From the IMG/VR virus record IMGVR_UViG_3300047994_000374, positions 1 to 64,000 of that record: a stretch of DNA of 64,000 bases. One strand, written 5' to 3'. Below, one piece after another: positions 18,271 to 28,216 of the stretch. A program made the position numbers and the translations under genes. Under the pieces are notes generated by a model. It was not told the origin of the DNA and searched no databases. It saw only the letters and a program-made list of their open reading frames with translations. Positions within the stretch are counted from its first letter, which is position 1, and each line of letters starts with the position of its first letter.

Positions 18271-18618
18271 TTAAGTAAATGCATAAAGGGTTTGCAATCG
18301 TTCAGCCGTTAAAATAAGTTCTTTCATTAAATTATCACTATATTTAAATAGAATAAAATCTATTTTTATTACATCAATATTATTACCATAATTACGAAGT
18401 TTTGTGTAATTACTGACTTTACTTAATATAAATTGTTTATTTTCATTCATAAACAAATAGGCAAATTGAACATACCCATCTTCAAATCGAATGTAGGATT
18501 GCATTGCCTGGCAACTTGGAGAAATCAAATCTTCATTTGCTGGAATTTCATGTTCCCAAATGACTGATCCATTTCTATTCTTTTTAATAAAAGACGCTTT
18601 ACAATAACTACAATGCAT
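18271..18618 (-). CDS. tail-family protein with N-terminal CxxC
   Basis: CSYC; ends RLQTLYAFT. Confidence 0.7.
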   Translation of the reverse strand: MHCSYCKASFIKKNRNGSVIWEHEIPANEDLISPSCQAMQSYIRFEDGYVQFAYLFMNENKQFILSKVSNYTKLRNYGNNIDVIKIDFILFKYSDNLMKELILTAERLQTLYAFT

Positions 18619-18824
18619 TAATTTTCTAAGTGTTTATCCGTCCAGTTTGAATTAATATTTTTAAGTAATGTATCGTCAAATTCTTTTTCGGTCCAGCCAT
18701 TCGCATCTAAAAACATTAAGTATTGCTCGTGCCAATAGTGGATAGCTTTAGGTTCTTCAGCGGATACCATTTTTGTAATTAGTTTTTCGGCTTCCAAGGC
18801 TACGGTTTCGAAGTTTGTTCTCAT
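18618..18824 (-). CDS. small acidic protein (paralog of 36853-37059)
   Basis: FEtVaLEaEKL...FLDANGWT resembles FEQVSLEVEKL...FIEACGWS. Confidence 0.65.
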   Translation of the reverse strand: MRTNFETVALEAEKLITKMVSAEEPKAIHYWHEQYLMFLDANGWTEKEFDDTLLKNINSNWTDKHLEN

Positions 18825-18847
18825 GCACAGATACGAAATTGTGCATG

Positions 18848-19180
18848 TTATTTAGTCTCTTCTGGGAATTTGAAATTAGCTCCGGTCCAAGATAAACTAC
18901 CATTCCCTAAATTTGAAGTGACTATAGAATGATACTTGGCACTGATCTTTTTTAAACACGCGGATGCATCATTAGTAACATCCAAAGCTGACATCGAATG
19001 TTTTTCATGTGCTGCTTCAAAATAAATCAAAGCAGAAACCTCACTGTCAAGAACCATTTTGCACACTTTAGATTCTGTATTTACCGCAGCAATAGTATAT
19101 CCTAAAGAAAGCATTTCAAATACAACGCTTTCTTTGTAGAGAGGTGTAACAGCAGTAATGAAAACATAGAAACTACTCAT
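18848..19180 (-). CDS. hypothetical protein
   Basis: ORF track; ATGA-coupled to the deaminase gene. Confidence 0.6.
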   Translation of the reverse strand: MSSFYVFITAVTPLYKESVVFEMLSLGYTIAAVNTESKVCKMVLDSEVSALIYFEAAHEKHSMSALDVTNDASACLKKISAKYHSIVTSNLGNGSLSWTGANFKFPEETK

Positions 19181-19575
19181 AGATCGAATGTCCGTTCTCT
19201 ATTTGTCTGAGGGATCCATAGACCATATTGATTGTCTGAGATGGAATAATAAACTTTTTTAACTCGAGCAGATTTAATTCTATTTTGACACATAGAGCAA
19301 GGACGAGCCATAGCGAATGAACCATCTTTACGGGCAACACGAGCAACATAAAGGGTTCCATTGCGCCCAAGCTTACGCAACACCCTTCCCTCCGCATGAC
19401 TGTTTGGAAGCAATTCATAATGAGCAACAATAGATGAAAATTTTGTAGCTCCATTTTTTGAAGCAACTACAACTCCATCCTCGCGCACACCTACGCATCC
19501 AATATAAAAATGTCGATGATCATTGTCATCTGTGGGCAAAGCAGCACCACCCGCCATCGTAAGCATATCCAGCAT
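19177..19575 (-). CDS. cytidine/deoxycytidylate deaminase-family protein
   Basis: HAE...ARPCSMC zinc-binding motifs. Confidence 0.85.
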   Translation of the reverse strand: MLDMLTMAGGAALPTDDNDHRHFYIGCVGVREDGVVVASKNGATKFSSIVAHYELLPNSHAEGRVLRKLGRNGTLYVARVARKDGSFAMARPCSMCQNRIKSARVKKVYYSISDNQYGLWIPQTNRERTFDL

Positions 19576-19578
19576 AAA

Positions 19579-19932
19579 TTAAACCTTCATAAAAAAATTA
19601 AATATAATATAGGAAACAAGCCAAGCCCAAAATGTAATGACTACATCAGTCAAAGTGGCTAAAAGCGATTGAAAATTTTTCGCATCGATAGTATCTTCTT
19701 TATCATCTTTTTCTTTCCAAAGCTTTTTAATGTCAGCCAGAGTGGTATGTTTTGAGATAATAAGATTGACAGTTGCACCAATACCAAGCATGCCTACCGT
19801 TCCAATGCGTGGGGCAATGGGAAATTGACTGACGATAAACCAAGTTCAAAGAACTGGTTCAACGTAAGCTCGAAAGACAACATTGCAAATACTGCCCATA
19901 AATAATACTAGGCTTGTTAAAAGTTTGTTCAT
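19579..19932 (-). pseudogene. membrane protein gene with an in-frame TGA
   Basis: MNKLLTSLVLF...VEPVL*TWFIVSQFPI... continues in frame into ORF 19579-19791; TGA at 19846-19848. Confidence 0.6.
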
Positions 19933-19957
19933 AAAATTTATATTCTATCTTTTGATC

Positions 19958-20347
19958 CTAAGTTGTTATTATTTGTTTACGGCGAGCTTCGGTTTTAGCA
20001 GCGCAATCATCACACAATGTAAATATCCATCTAAAATTACGATACTTACCCACATTACCACAATACTCACAAATATGGGCGCTCATTCCTTCGGCTACTT
20101 GAATGGCTCCGTCAATAAAATCATTTGATGTAGAAGTATAAAATCTCAACGTTCCAAATTTACTTTTGATTTGTGTGGCATAAACCGCATCTTGTAAGTC
20201 AATTGGATAATCATTAATTGCATTTTCTATTGTGGCAGAAAGAATTTGAATAAGTGTATACCAACCATCACTCGCTTCAATATGGGTGAGCTTATGATAG
20301 GTCTTTGGGTATTTTGCTTTAAGTTGATCGAAGAGTTCTTGTTTCAA
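19958..20347 (-). CDS. conserved phage hypothetical protein
   Basis: DGWYxLI...QIKSKFGTLRFY...CEYCG...TLCDDC pattern. Confidence 0.7.
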   Translation of the reverse strand: MKQELFDQLKAKYPKTYHKLTHIEASDGWYTLIQILSATIENAINDYPIDLQDAVYATQIKSKFGTLRFYTSTSNDFIDGAIQVAEGMSAHICEYCGNVGKYRNFRWIFTLCDDCAAKTEARRKQIITT

Positions 20348-20601
20348 GAAAATATAATTAACTTTTGTATTTTTTTAAGGAGTTGTTCTGAATTTAAATT
20401 TTCGTAATCTAATTTTTGATTAAAGTAAGCTACTTGTAAAGATTTTTTCTGTGAGCGATGATTTGCTTCCAAATTGTATATTTCATAATGCCAACCATTA
20501 TCATTGTGATTTATTAAAATGGAAAGTTTTTCTTTAATGAATCGAATAGCAATTATATTGTGAATTCCATACTTTTCCCAAATAAAGTTGATATGGAACA
20601 A
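20344..20601 (-). CDS. tail-family protein
   Basis: Ends KKIQKLIIFS; ATGA-coupled. Confidence 0.6.
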   Translation of the reverse strand: MFHINFIWEKYGIHNIIAIRFIKEKLSILINHNDNGWHYEIYNLEANHRSQKKSLQVAYFNQKLDYENLNSEQLLKKIQKLIIFS

Positions 20602-20712
20602 AATCTTCGTATGTGCCGATCGTTTTTATGCAAGGCTCACATCGATAAACGTCCGTGGTGCTCTGATCGCTTAGAGATAGTGAAGACTTACAAAAGAAAC
20701 ATTTATAATCCA

Positions 20713-21126
20713 TTAATAGCTTATCACAATAAAAGATGCCACTGCTAACCCAATGCCTATAATCTTTTTTATATCCAAATTTTCATTGAGAAATATGACT
20801 GACAATATCAAAGTTAATAGGGGGTAGCTGGCAGTTAAGATCGTTACTTCGCCCGCATTGCCACTTTTCAAGGCGTAGAAATAACATAACGATCCTACGC
20901 CCATTGTCAAGCATCCTAATATAGAAAATAGAATGCCATAAAAATTCCAGGTATGATCAAATTTTAAAGTCAAAAGTCCAGGTGCTACCATTGCCCCAAC
21001 TGCCGCAGCAATTAAAAGAACAAGAACGGGATTGATACGATCGTTGGCAAGCTTATAAAAAAACGAGCCCAATCCATAACCCAAAATTGTCAAAATAATC
21101 AAATATACCGAATTCATATTTTTCAT
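20713..21126 (-). CDS. EamA/DMT-family small transporter
   Basis: About 5 hydrophobic segments; YFYALKSG.AGEV..L...P...LILSVIFLNE.L...KIIG. Confidence 0.85.
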   Translation of the reverse strand: MKNMNSVYLIILTILGYGLGSFFYKLANDRINPVLVLLIAAAVGAMVAPGLLTLKFDHTWNFYGILFSILGCLTMGVGSLCYFYALKSGNAGEVTILTASYPLLTLILSVIFLNENLDIKKIIGIGLAVASFIVISY

Positions 21127-21221
21127 GATCCACTAAAAAATCCACATAAAATTCCAACTGCAGCCAACATAATAGAAAACCACCATCCTATATTTTCTAT
21201 TTCGTCAGCATCTATTTTCAA

Positions 21222-21518
21222 TTAATATCCATTTTTACATGCCCAACAAATTAAAGTAATACCGTCTTTTTCTGATGGTATGGCAAATGGATACAGTTCT
21301 TTACACTTAATGCAAGTGCATCCATCCTTAAAATCTTGTGGTTTTGGAGGAGCAGGGACAATTTTTTCAGAGCTATCAGAATCAAAATAAAAAGGATTAT
21401 AACCAACAGCTCCAAAGCCAATATTACCGCCACTTCCCGTAACTGTTATCCATCCGCCATTAGCAGATCCGCCAGTAATAGTAGTTGACGGTGGCGGAAC
21501 TTTATTAGTCATTTTCAT
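21222..21518 (-). CDS. hypothetical protein with NQxDGTLIC-like Zn module
   Basis: CIKC...SEKDGITLICWACKNGY. Confidence 0.65.
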   Translation of the reverse strand: MKMTNKVPPPSTTITGGSANGGWITVTGSGGNIGFGAVGYNPFYFDSDSSEKIVPAPPKPQDFKDGCTCIKCKELYPFAIPSEKDGITLICWACKNGY

Positions 21519-21717
21519 TCCAACGATCTGTTAAATCATCTGCATTTCCGCCAAGCAGATCATCACTCATTTCATCATCCTCAGTAACTAACTCGCCATC
21601 ATCATCGAGCATATACCCAGTGTGAATAACTACTTCACCCTTTTTATTCGTCACGATTTGAAATGGAGTCTCATTTAAAACTTCATTAAGCGTTTCTTCT
21701 AATTCGATCAGTGTCAT
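21505..21717 (-). CDS. small acidic protein
   Basis: ORF track; D/E-rich. Confidence 0.6.
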   Translation of the reverse strand: MTLIELEETLNEVLNETPFQIVTNKKGEVVIHTGYMLDDDGELVTEDDEMSDDLLGGNADDLTDRWNEND

Positions 21718-21721
21718 AATT

Positions 21722-22159
21722 TTAATACCTTCGTTGTCTGCAGGAATAGCAGATTAAAGTGCCATCGGGTTGATTTGATGCTGAATACTGATAATACTCA
21801 TTGCATTTTTTACAATTAAGTCCATCAATTTGTGATATAGTGTTTGATAAGCTTACCGTAAATTTAATAGGTTCAATTTTATCAAATACTTCTAATGTTC
21901 TATGCGCATAAAAAATCTGAGTATAATTATGATAGTCGGCAGCATAATTATAATTTGTAAGCATTAGTTGGTTCAGATATGTGCCTTGGAGAGGAGCATC
22001 GTCATTTGGTTTCCACCCAATAACAACATCATCGCCGTTTTTAGATAGACCTACAATGGTTCCCACTTTTACGAACCAAGAAATAGAACTTGAAATTGCG
22101 CCTATACCATTAATATAAAATTTATACTTATCGCCAATTTGTGCGTTTTGTAAGTTCAT
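21722..22159 (-). CDS. hypothetical protein with NQxDGTLIC Zn module
   Basis: CKKC...SNQPDGTLICYSCRQRRY. Confidence 0.7.
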   Translation of the reverse strand: MNLQNAQIGDKYKFYINGIGAISSSISWFVKVGTIVGLSKNGDDVVIGWKPNDDAPLQGTYLNQLMLTNYNYAADYHNYTQIFYAHRTLEVFDKIEPIKFTVSLSNTISQIDGLNCKKCNEYYQYSASNQPDGTLICYSCRQRRY

Positions 22160-22163
22160 CTAA

Positions 22164-22727
22164 TTAACTATGAAGAATGTTATAATGTTCAATTTTCTTT
22201 CGAAGATCATCAATGGACACTGGCTTATATTCCCACGCATCAACGCCCACATTGATTTGACCACGCTGTGAAATTGGATTCGCCTGATGGGTGTGTCCAT
22301 ATATAAGCCATTTGTCTGTTTTGGGAGCCCGCCATTTACCAAAACGAACATCATCATATTCATCCCCAACAAAGGGGAAGTGATTGAGAACAAACTCTTC
22401 AACTTCCAGCTGTTGATGGACTTCTTTAAATCCAGCATCTAAATACTTTTGTTTTTCAATTTCAGCGTTCTTGTGCATTGGGTGACAACTGTCGTGATTG
22501 CCCGTAATTAGAATTTGAGTTCCGTTTAATCTTGATACAATGCTGCCAGTGAGAGCAGGCTTCCAACTAAAATCCCCCAAATTATAAACAGTGTCATCTT
22601 TACCTACAATTGCGTTATGATTTTCAATTAGTTTTTCGTTCATCTCTTCCATGGACGCGAATGGACGATTGCAATGTTCTATGATTCGTGCGTGAAAATA
22701 ATGAGTGTCCGAGGTAGCGTATATCAA
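22164..22727 (-). CDS. calcineurin-like metallophosphoesterase
   Basis: SDTH, LGDF, GNHD, NHFP, YGHTH. Confidence 0.9.
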   Translation of the reverse strand: MIYATSDTHYFHARIIEHCNRPFASMEEMNEKLIENHNAIVGKDDTVYNLGDFSWKPALTGSIVSRLNGTQILITGNHDSCHPMHKNAEIEKQKYLDAGFKEVHQQLEVEEFVLNHFPFVGDEYDDVRFGKWRAPKTDKWLIYGHTHQANPISQRGQINVGVDAWEYKPVSIDDLRKKIEHYNILHS

Positions 22728-22729
22728 TA

Positions 22730-23107
22730 TTAAAACCCTCCGCCGTAAGAAGCCAAATCAGCATGAGCAACATTCTTCTTCAGCCAAAGACCTGCAGCCT
22801 TCTTTGCACGAGTAGGAATATTGAGGTTATGAGTAATTTCATTCATAACGGCTTTTGAAATGGTATGCATTCCAATTTTACCATCACGATTATCAACCTT
22901 GACAGAGAAGGGCGATTCAACAAGTCGCCCAAGAGCCAGGAGACGTGCCATCTTGCGTTCGAAATTGTCTTGTGGGTTCAGCACGGAGACCTGATACTCC
23001 ACGCTTACAGATGCATTGCGATGGAATGAGCCGTTGATTTTAATAGCAACACAGCCCACCGGATGGTTATTACGATCCCTCAAATACATTACACGAAAGT
23101 TCTTCAT
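22730..23107 (-). CDS. hypothetical protein
   Basis: ORF track; GAGG 5' of the preceding stop. Confidence 0.6.
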   Translation of the reverse strand: MKNFRVMYLRDRNNHPVGCVAIKINGSFHRNASVSVEYQVSVLNPQDNFERKMARLLALGRLVESPFSVKVDNRDGKIGMHTISKAVMNEITHNLNIPTRAKKAAGLWLKKNVAHADLASYGGGF

Positions 23108-23108
23108 T

Positions 23109-23279
23109 TTATTTTACCTCAATTTTGTTTATAGCGAATTTTTTGTTTGTTTTGGAATTGCGAATTTTAATAATGGATTGGACTTCATCATAAGCATTCA
23201 TGGCAGAATCCGCTTCGATTTCCATCTCAACTTCTTCTTTTACAACATGCTGTATGACTACCGTGTATTTTTTCTTCAT
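23109..23279 (-). CDS. small hypothetical protein (56 aa, not in track)
   Basis: MKKKYTVVIQHVVKEEVEMEIEADS...IEVK*; starts 3 nt after a TTCCCATTT motif. Confidence 0.6.
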   Translation of the reverse strand: MKKKYTVVIQHVVKEEVEMEIEADSAMNAYDEVQSIIKIRNSKTNKKFAINKIEVK

Positions 23280-23291
23280 GGCAAATGGGAA

Positions 23292-23657
23292 TTAATTCTG
23301 TTCGAATTTAGTATCAGATGTATGAACCCAAATTTTTACGGATACATCTGAACTATTATTATTTTCAACTTTAACGATCATATCTTCGGGCAAAGTAAGT
23401 GTAGCCGTCCCAATGCAATGAGTAGTATCTTTACTTTCCAGAGATACTTTTCCAGTTCCCTTGTCAATAAAAGAACATGAAATTACTTCATCATGTGTGG
23501 TCCAAACTTCTGTAATTGATTTGTCAACAGGAAGTTCGACATTAAATTGCGCCGAACTATGCGCTTTTACTTCACGAACATGTGTCATATCATAGGCTAA
23601 TGCGATAGATGATACAAACAGAATAGATAAAATAATGGTTGCGATTGAATTTTTCAT
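23292..23657 (-). CDS. secreted hypothetical protein
   Basis: Signal peptide MKNSIATIILSILFVSSIALA; GAGG 5' of the ATG. Confidence 0.7.
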   Translation of the reverse strand: MKNSIATIILSILFVSSIALAYDMTHVREVKAHSSAQFNVELPVDKSITEVWTTHDEVISCSFIDKGTGKVSLESKDTTHCIGTATLTLPEDMIVKVENNNSSDVSVKIWVHTSDTKFEQN

Positions 23658-23779
23658 TTAAAAACCTCTAATAGATAGATAATCATTCCACTTAAACTGT
23701 CAAGTCTCTTTCATCAGGTTTTTGTAAACATCGTATAGGTAGCCATTTTCATTGTCAAATTTACAAACAACCTCACTAT

Positions 23780-23860
23780 CGCAATAGAGGAATCGAACCT
23801 AAGATGGCACTATGGCGCGTGATCTACAGTCACGCCCGCCTCCATAACGGTCTTACATAC
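23780..23860 (-). tRNA. degenerate tRNA-Tyr(GTA)-like sequence
   Basis: Anticodon arm CGTGA-CTGTAGA-TCACG, long variable loop, GGTTCGATTCC T-loop; acceptor and T stems pair poorly. Confidence 0.45.
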
Positions 23861-24958
23861 CCATGAATGGGGCCGCCAAAGCAGCCCACAAACTAGTATC
23901 ATTTCTAATCTTAGTGAAATGCGCGATCTGTTCTGCTCGCCACCAGCACAACATGCAGGCTATAAGCCAAGCCCAGTATCCTACGACTTGCCAATGCTCT
24001 TCGGAGGTGCCCCACGGCACGCAGGCAAACCCGAATGGCGTCATCGACCAATACAGACAGCCATCCTGCGACTTAACCGTGCAGTGCAGCTGTCCTGTAT
24101 GGCGATTGCGGTAAATCACGGCTTGCTGTAGACGCTGTGACCGCCCGCGCCCGTCTGTATCTGTATAATTATTTGACATTTTTATTTAATTTTTCTGCCA
24201 ATGCATCTTGACGATACTTTTTTTCTTCTACTCGCAATTCAAATACCTTATCGGCTAACATTTTTTCCGCACGCGCATCTAAAAATTCTACAATGCAATC
24301 AGGATCATTTTCAATAACATCTTCATAATCCATTAGATGTAATTTGATTTTTGTTCCAGAACTGCCCATTCGAAAACCCGTGATATCATAATAAGGTTCT
24401 TTCGATTTGTCTCGAATAAGGATGATTGGAGTTCCGTCATAATACATGGGCAAAGCTTCTGCAAAGAAAATATCTCGAGTGCCAACGACAACTTCAGCTT
24501 CGCCCGTAGGATCTTCCTTATTAAGTCTTTCGATAAGATCTTTAGTTTTCATTAACAAACATGTCCATATCCTTGACCCTCGCAATAGCACTGGGTAAGG
24601 ACAGGGGCTGATTGATACATAAGGCATCGAACATAGTTATTCACATCACAACATTGATTTGAGTAAATGATAACTGGTTGCGCTTTAACATTTGGAGTTG
24701 CTACGACAAGTCCAACGATAACAAATATAATTATACTAATAAGTTTTTTCATTTTAAAATTTTCCTTTATTGAATAACTGCCGACACAACTTTTTCATTT
24801 ACGATTTCAACACAAACGCGATCTTCACGCTTGTCTTCTGGCCAACCTAAAAATCGTTCGCCATTCACAGACACCAAGCGCCAAATTAGATTTTTAAGCT
24901 CGCTTTTATTTTGAGCATCTCGTTTGCCGAGTCCAACTAAATCAGATACATTAACCAT
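23853..24958 (-). other. four small ORFs (23853-24179; MKTKDL start at 24552 ending 24169; secreted Cys-rich 24552-24752; 24767-24958)
   Basis: ORF track; the last resembles I78/potato-inhibitor-like proteins (EDKREDRVCVEIVNEKV). Confidence 0.5.
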
Positions 24959-25393
24959 TTTGTAATTTCCTTTAAAACCAAAGTTGTGTGTAATATTTCG
25001 CGAACAGCTCTAAACCCTTACGGGCATTGTCTTCATTTTCTTTAAATCGTAATCCACCAATGTCAAGTCGTTGATTGGAAGCTAACCATTCAAATGCTCT
25101 TACCATTTGATTAAGTGTGTGTTTCCATTCATCATCGGACATTTCTACTGGACCACCACGTTGTAGCTCGGCAAATCGTTTCAGCCGAGGCAGTATAACC
25201 TTTGCCAAATGGGAGTCAAGGTTTGGAATATCTTCTTCCGTCCAGCCATAAACAATTTTGTCGTAAAGTTTAATGGCATGGTGTTTGAGACGATCGTAGT
25301 TGGCTTGAGTAAAGTGTCTTTTTTAATTTTATCATAATTATATCTTTTTATCATTTTTTATGACTAAATATATCAATATTTGAATATATTTTT

Positions 25394-25966
25394 ATGAAAC
25401 TTTCAGAATGGGCAAAAAGAAATGGTTTAACTTATCAAACGGCTCATCGCTTATTTAAGGCGAATAAACTGCCTGCCGAAGGGAGGCAGCTTGCTACTGG
25501 CACTATTTTAATAGATGATAACGACTCATATCAAAAAGTCAACCTCAAAACTTATATTTATTCTAGAGTATCATCTCCTACTAAAAAAGAAGATCTCCAG
25601 AGACAAGCCGAGAGGTGCTCAAAATTTGCTGAAGCTAATGGATGGGAAATAGAAAAAGTTATCAAAGAAGTTGGCTCTGGGATGAATGACAACAGAAAAA
25701 AGTTAAACTCTCTTATTGACAAAGAGCCTAAAAGAATTATAGTTGAGCATAAAGACCGTCTCACAAGGTTTGGTTTTAATTATCTTGAAAGAACATTAAC
25801 TTTACTTAACTATGAGCTTATTGTGATTAATCGAGATCAAGAAAATGAAGCTGACTTAATGAAAGATTTGGTAGCAATCATTACCTCTTTTTGCTGCCGA
25901 CTTTATGGTTTACGCCGTGGGAAAACAAAGACAAAAGAAATTAAAGAACAAATTTTAATTAAATGA
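25394..25966 (+). CDS. tnpA: IS607 TnpA serine recombinase
   Basis: N-terminal HTH (MKLSEWAK..G..YQT), catalytic YSRVSS, EHKDRLTRFG, RLYG. Confidence 0.93.
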   Translation: MKLSEWAKRNGLTYQTAHRLFKANKLPAEGRQLATGTILIDDNDSYQKVNLKTYIYSRVSSPTKKEDLQRQAERCSKFAEANGWEIEKVIKEVGSGMNDNRKKLNSLIDKEPKRIIVEHKDRLTRFGFNYLERTLTLLNYELIVINRDQENEADLMKDLVAIITSFCCRLYGLRRGKTKTKEIKEQILIK

Positions 25967-26427
25967 TCCGCTCGACTAAACATTATTTTCAAAACATTAA
26001 CTCAGGAAAACTTCAAGTTGTTTCTGAGTTCTTGTCGGCATATCGTTTAGCGACTCAGAACTATATTGATTATATTTGGACATCTACTTTTAAGGATGGG
26101 TATGGAGAAACTTGTTTCGACATACCCAATGATAAACTTAATCTTCCTAAATATTTAAACTATCAAGCTATTACTTTTCCTACTGAACTTTCTGCAAGGG
26201 CTTTATCTTCAAGTTTAATGCAAGCTATCGGAATAGTCAAAGGCGTTTTAGCATTTCGAAAGAAGACTTTATGGATCATTGAGAAGCGAAAGTCCGAAGG
26301 GCTTTCGACAGCTTATTGGGAAAGAAAACTCAAGCCCGTCTTTAAGCCCACATTAAATAATGCTTTTCAAGCAGAACTTTCCTCCAAGAATATTGATTTT
26401 CAAGAGGGCAAGAGTTTTGATTTATAA
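25963..26427 (+). pseudogene. tnpB: truncated IS607 TnpB (N-terminal part only)
   Basis: Coupled to tnpA; 154 aa with no RuvC motifs; about 170 bp left to the element end. Confidence 0.7.
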
Positions 26428-26606
26428 ATAATTCGCTTGACCTTTATAAAATTCCATTTGATTTCAGACATTTAAAGTTGAACGTAAAGGGCTTCTTCTG
26501 GAAAGAAGAAGGACTTTATGATTTAAATGGTGAGGAGCTTATAGTCCCTCATACTAAACAAAATGAATAATATAAAAAGATATGTTATTCATAACTCTGA
26601 AAATAC

Positions 26607-27716
26607 TCATAGTTGATTCTTTAAAAGATACTCGGGGTTGATTGATTTAAAAGAAAATTTGCTATCCACGGTTCGAACAACAATACCTTCTCGCAAAATA
26701 TTCTTATTGATTTGTGATTTACCTTTGCTCAATTCAACATAATGAGATGCGTCTCCAACAATAGGAGTCCGTGCAAGAATTGGAACCGTGGGCAATTCTA
26801 ACTGAGCGCATAACAAAGCAAATTCTGGATAGCCTAAGTATTCTTTTTTATTGAGATCATAAATACTAAACACTTTAAATTCTAATTCAGGTAATTTATA
26901 AATATTTCCTCGAATTTTAGGCCCAATGCACTCGCCCTGAATTGCAAGACTACGATCTAACTTTTTAAATTTATTATGAATGTCGTATTTTTCTGCAATG
27001 CCAAGTAAATGATGCGGTCGTGATTTACCTGTCTCCGAATTAAAGACCGTAATATTTCTGGAGCAAATTTGAAATGAACTATCCTTTCCAAATAATTTAG
27101 CGATCCAATTGCCGCCCTTACGAAAAACGAAAGTGGCAGATGAGCCTTCCATTTTCTCAGTAATGTAAGCATCTTGTCCAAGACGCTCTTCTAATTCACG
27201 GGAGAATTTTTGAACCCTTATCTCTTCTGTACGTGGTATGTCATTTGGAAAAGAGCCACGCTTGATTGGTTTAATGCCAAGCAACTTCCATTTGTAATAA
27301 GACAGTTTGTTTTCAAGCCAAGTTTTCTTTACTTGCTCTACAATTTCTTCTTCTGGCTCTGATTCGTATTTTTTAATCTTTAAAACTTCGGTGACATCTT
27401 GTCCAATAGAAAGTTTAGAAATATCAAATGCAGGATCGATCTCATTAATAACTGAAACAGGAAAAGCGATCCCCTGTGAGACCTGCCCACGTAATTTAAT
27501 AGTTTTCACACGATGTTTCTTTGATCGTAAGAATTCAAAGCAGGGATACTCAGGAACCAAACTATCGATTTCTATATAAATACATCGATCCCCGACTTGG
27601 AACTCCCCGCGTCTCACCACAAGCTCCCATCCCAATACCTCAGCCTTTTCAATAGCATCGGCTCCAGGAATAGGAGTAAGTGATTTGATCGTTTGAATGT
27701 ATGCTAATTCTCTCAT
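26607..27716 (-). CDS. RNA ligase, DRB0094/Rnl5-like
   Basis: N-terminal OB fold (PIPGADAIEKA..GW..VV..GEF), ITEKMEGSS motif I, QGE, REGIVVR, FKSIN. Confidence 0.9.
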   Translation of the reverse strand: MRELAYIQTIKSLTPIPGADAIEKAEVLGWELVVRRGEFQVGDRCIYIEIDSLVPEYPCFEFLRSKKHRVKTIKLRGQVSQGIAFPVSVINEIDPAFDISKLSIGQDVTEVLKIKKYESEPEEEIVEQVKKTWLENKLSYYKWKLLGIKPIKRGSFPNDIPRTEEIRVQKFSRELEERLGQDAYITEKMEGSSATFVFRKGGNWIAKLFGKDSSFQICSRNITVFNSETGKSRPHHLLGIAEKYDIHNKFKKLDRSLAIQGECIGPKIRGNIYKLPELEFKVFSIYDLNKKEYLGYPEFALLCAQLELPTVPILARTPIVGDASHYVELSKGKSQINKNILREGIVVRTVDSKFSFKSINPEYLLKNQL

Positions 27717-27722
27717 CTAACT

Positions 27723-28199
27723 TTAGTTCTCCAACATAATTTTCGTTACTTGCTTACCATCTCCCCAACGAAGCCGAGCAAACTTATCATTCTTGTTGCA
27801 GGTGCCTCGAGTGTAGCCCGTCAATAGGTCGCTTCCCTTTAGGTTCTTGCTACCACACCATGCTACACTCTCGTGGATTCGATTGAGAGCCACAACAGCC
27901 TGCTCACGGATGGACGCACACATAGCCTTGGTTTCATCCTTGTTTCGTGGATGAACCTGCCAGAGACCCAACGCTTGACCGTGGTCGCCCTTTACCTTAC
28001 AAGTAGCAATGTCACGCCTGAATCCACCGCTCTCCCAACGGCTTATTTTGAGGAGCGTCTCTGCTTCAGATGGATCCGTAGTAATAGAGGCGATAGCGGT
28101 AACAACCTCACCCATGACATCTTTATCATACGCCATGTTGTGATTCGTCTTGTCGATATAATGCGTTGCGAAAATTAAGAGTGCTGATTGTAAGTCCAT
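27723..28199 (-). CDS. lysozyme/lytic transglycosylase-like protein
   Basis: SRWESG and GLWQV resemble SLT motifs I and II. Confidence 0.55.
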   Translation of the reverse strand: MDLQSALLIFATHYIDKTNHNMAYDKDVMGEVVTAIASITTDPSEAETLLKISRWESGGFRRDIATCKVKGDHGQALGLWQVHPRNKDETKAMCASIREQAVVALNRIHESVAWCGSKNLKGSDLLTGYTRGTCNKNDKFARLRWGDGKQVTKIMLEN

Positions 28200-28216
28200 G
28201 ATGCTTCTCCTTTAAT

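Larger units (their letters stand above)
25320..26598 (+). mobile_element. IS607-family element with decayed tnpB, about 1279 bp
   Basis: TCT at both junctions (25317-25319, 26596-26598); short TTTTATCAT repeats at the left end; hairpin TGAGG..CCTCA at 26531-26551. Confidence 0.82.
24972..26610 (-). pseudogene. phage gene split by the IS607 element
   Basis: 26610-26596 (MSIFR) joined to 25316-24972 gives a 119-aa ORF ...YGWTEEDIPNLDSHLAKVILPRLKRF...LFAKYYTQLWF. Confidence 0.8.
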
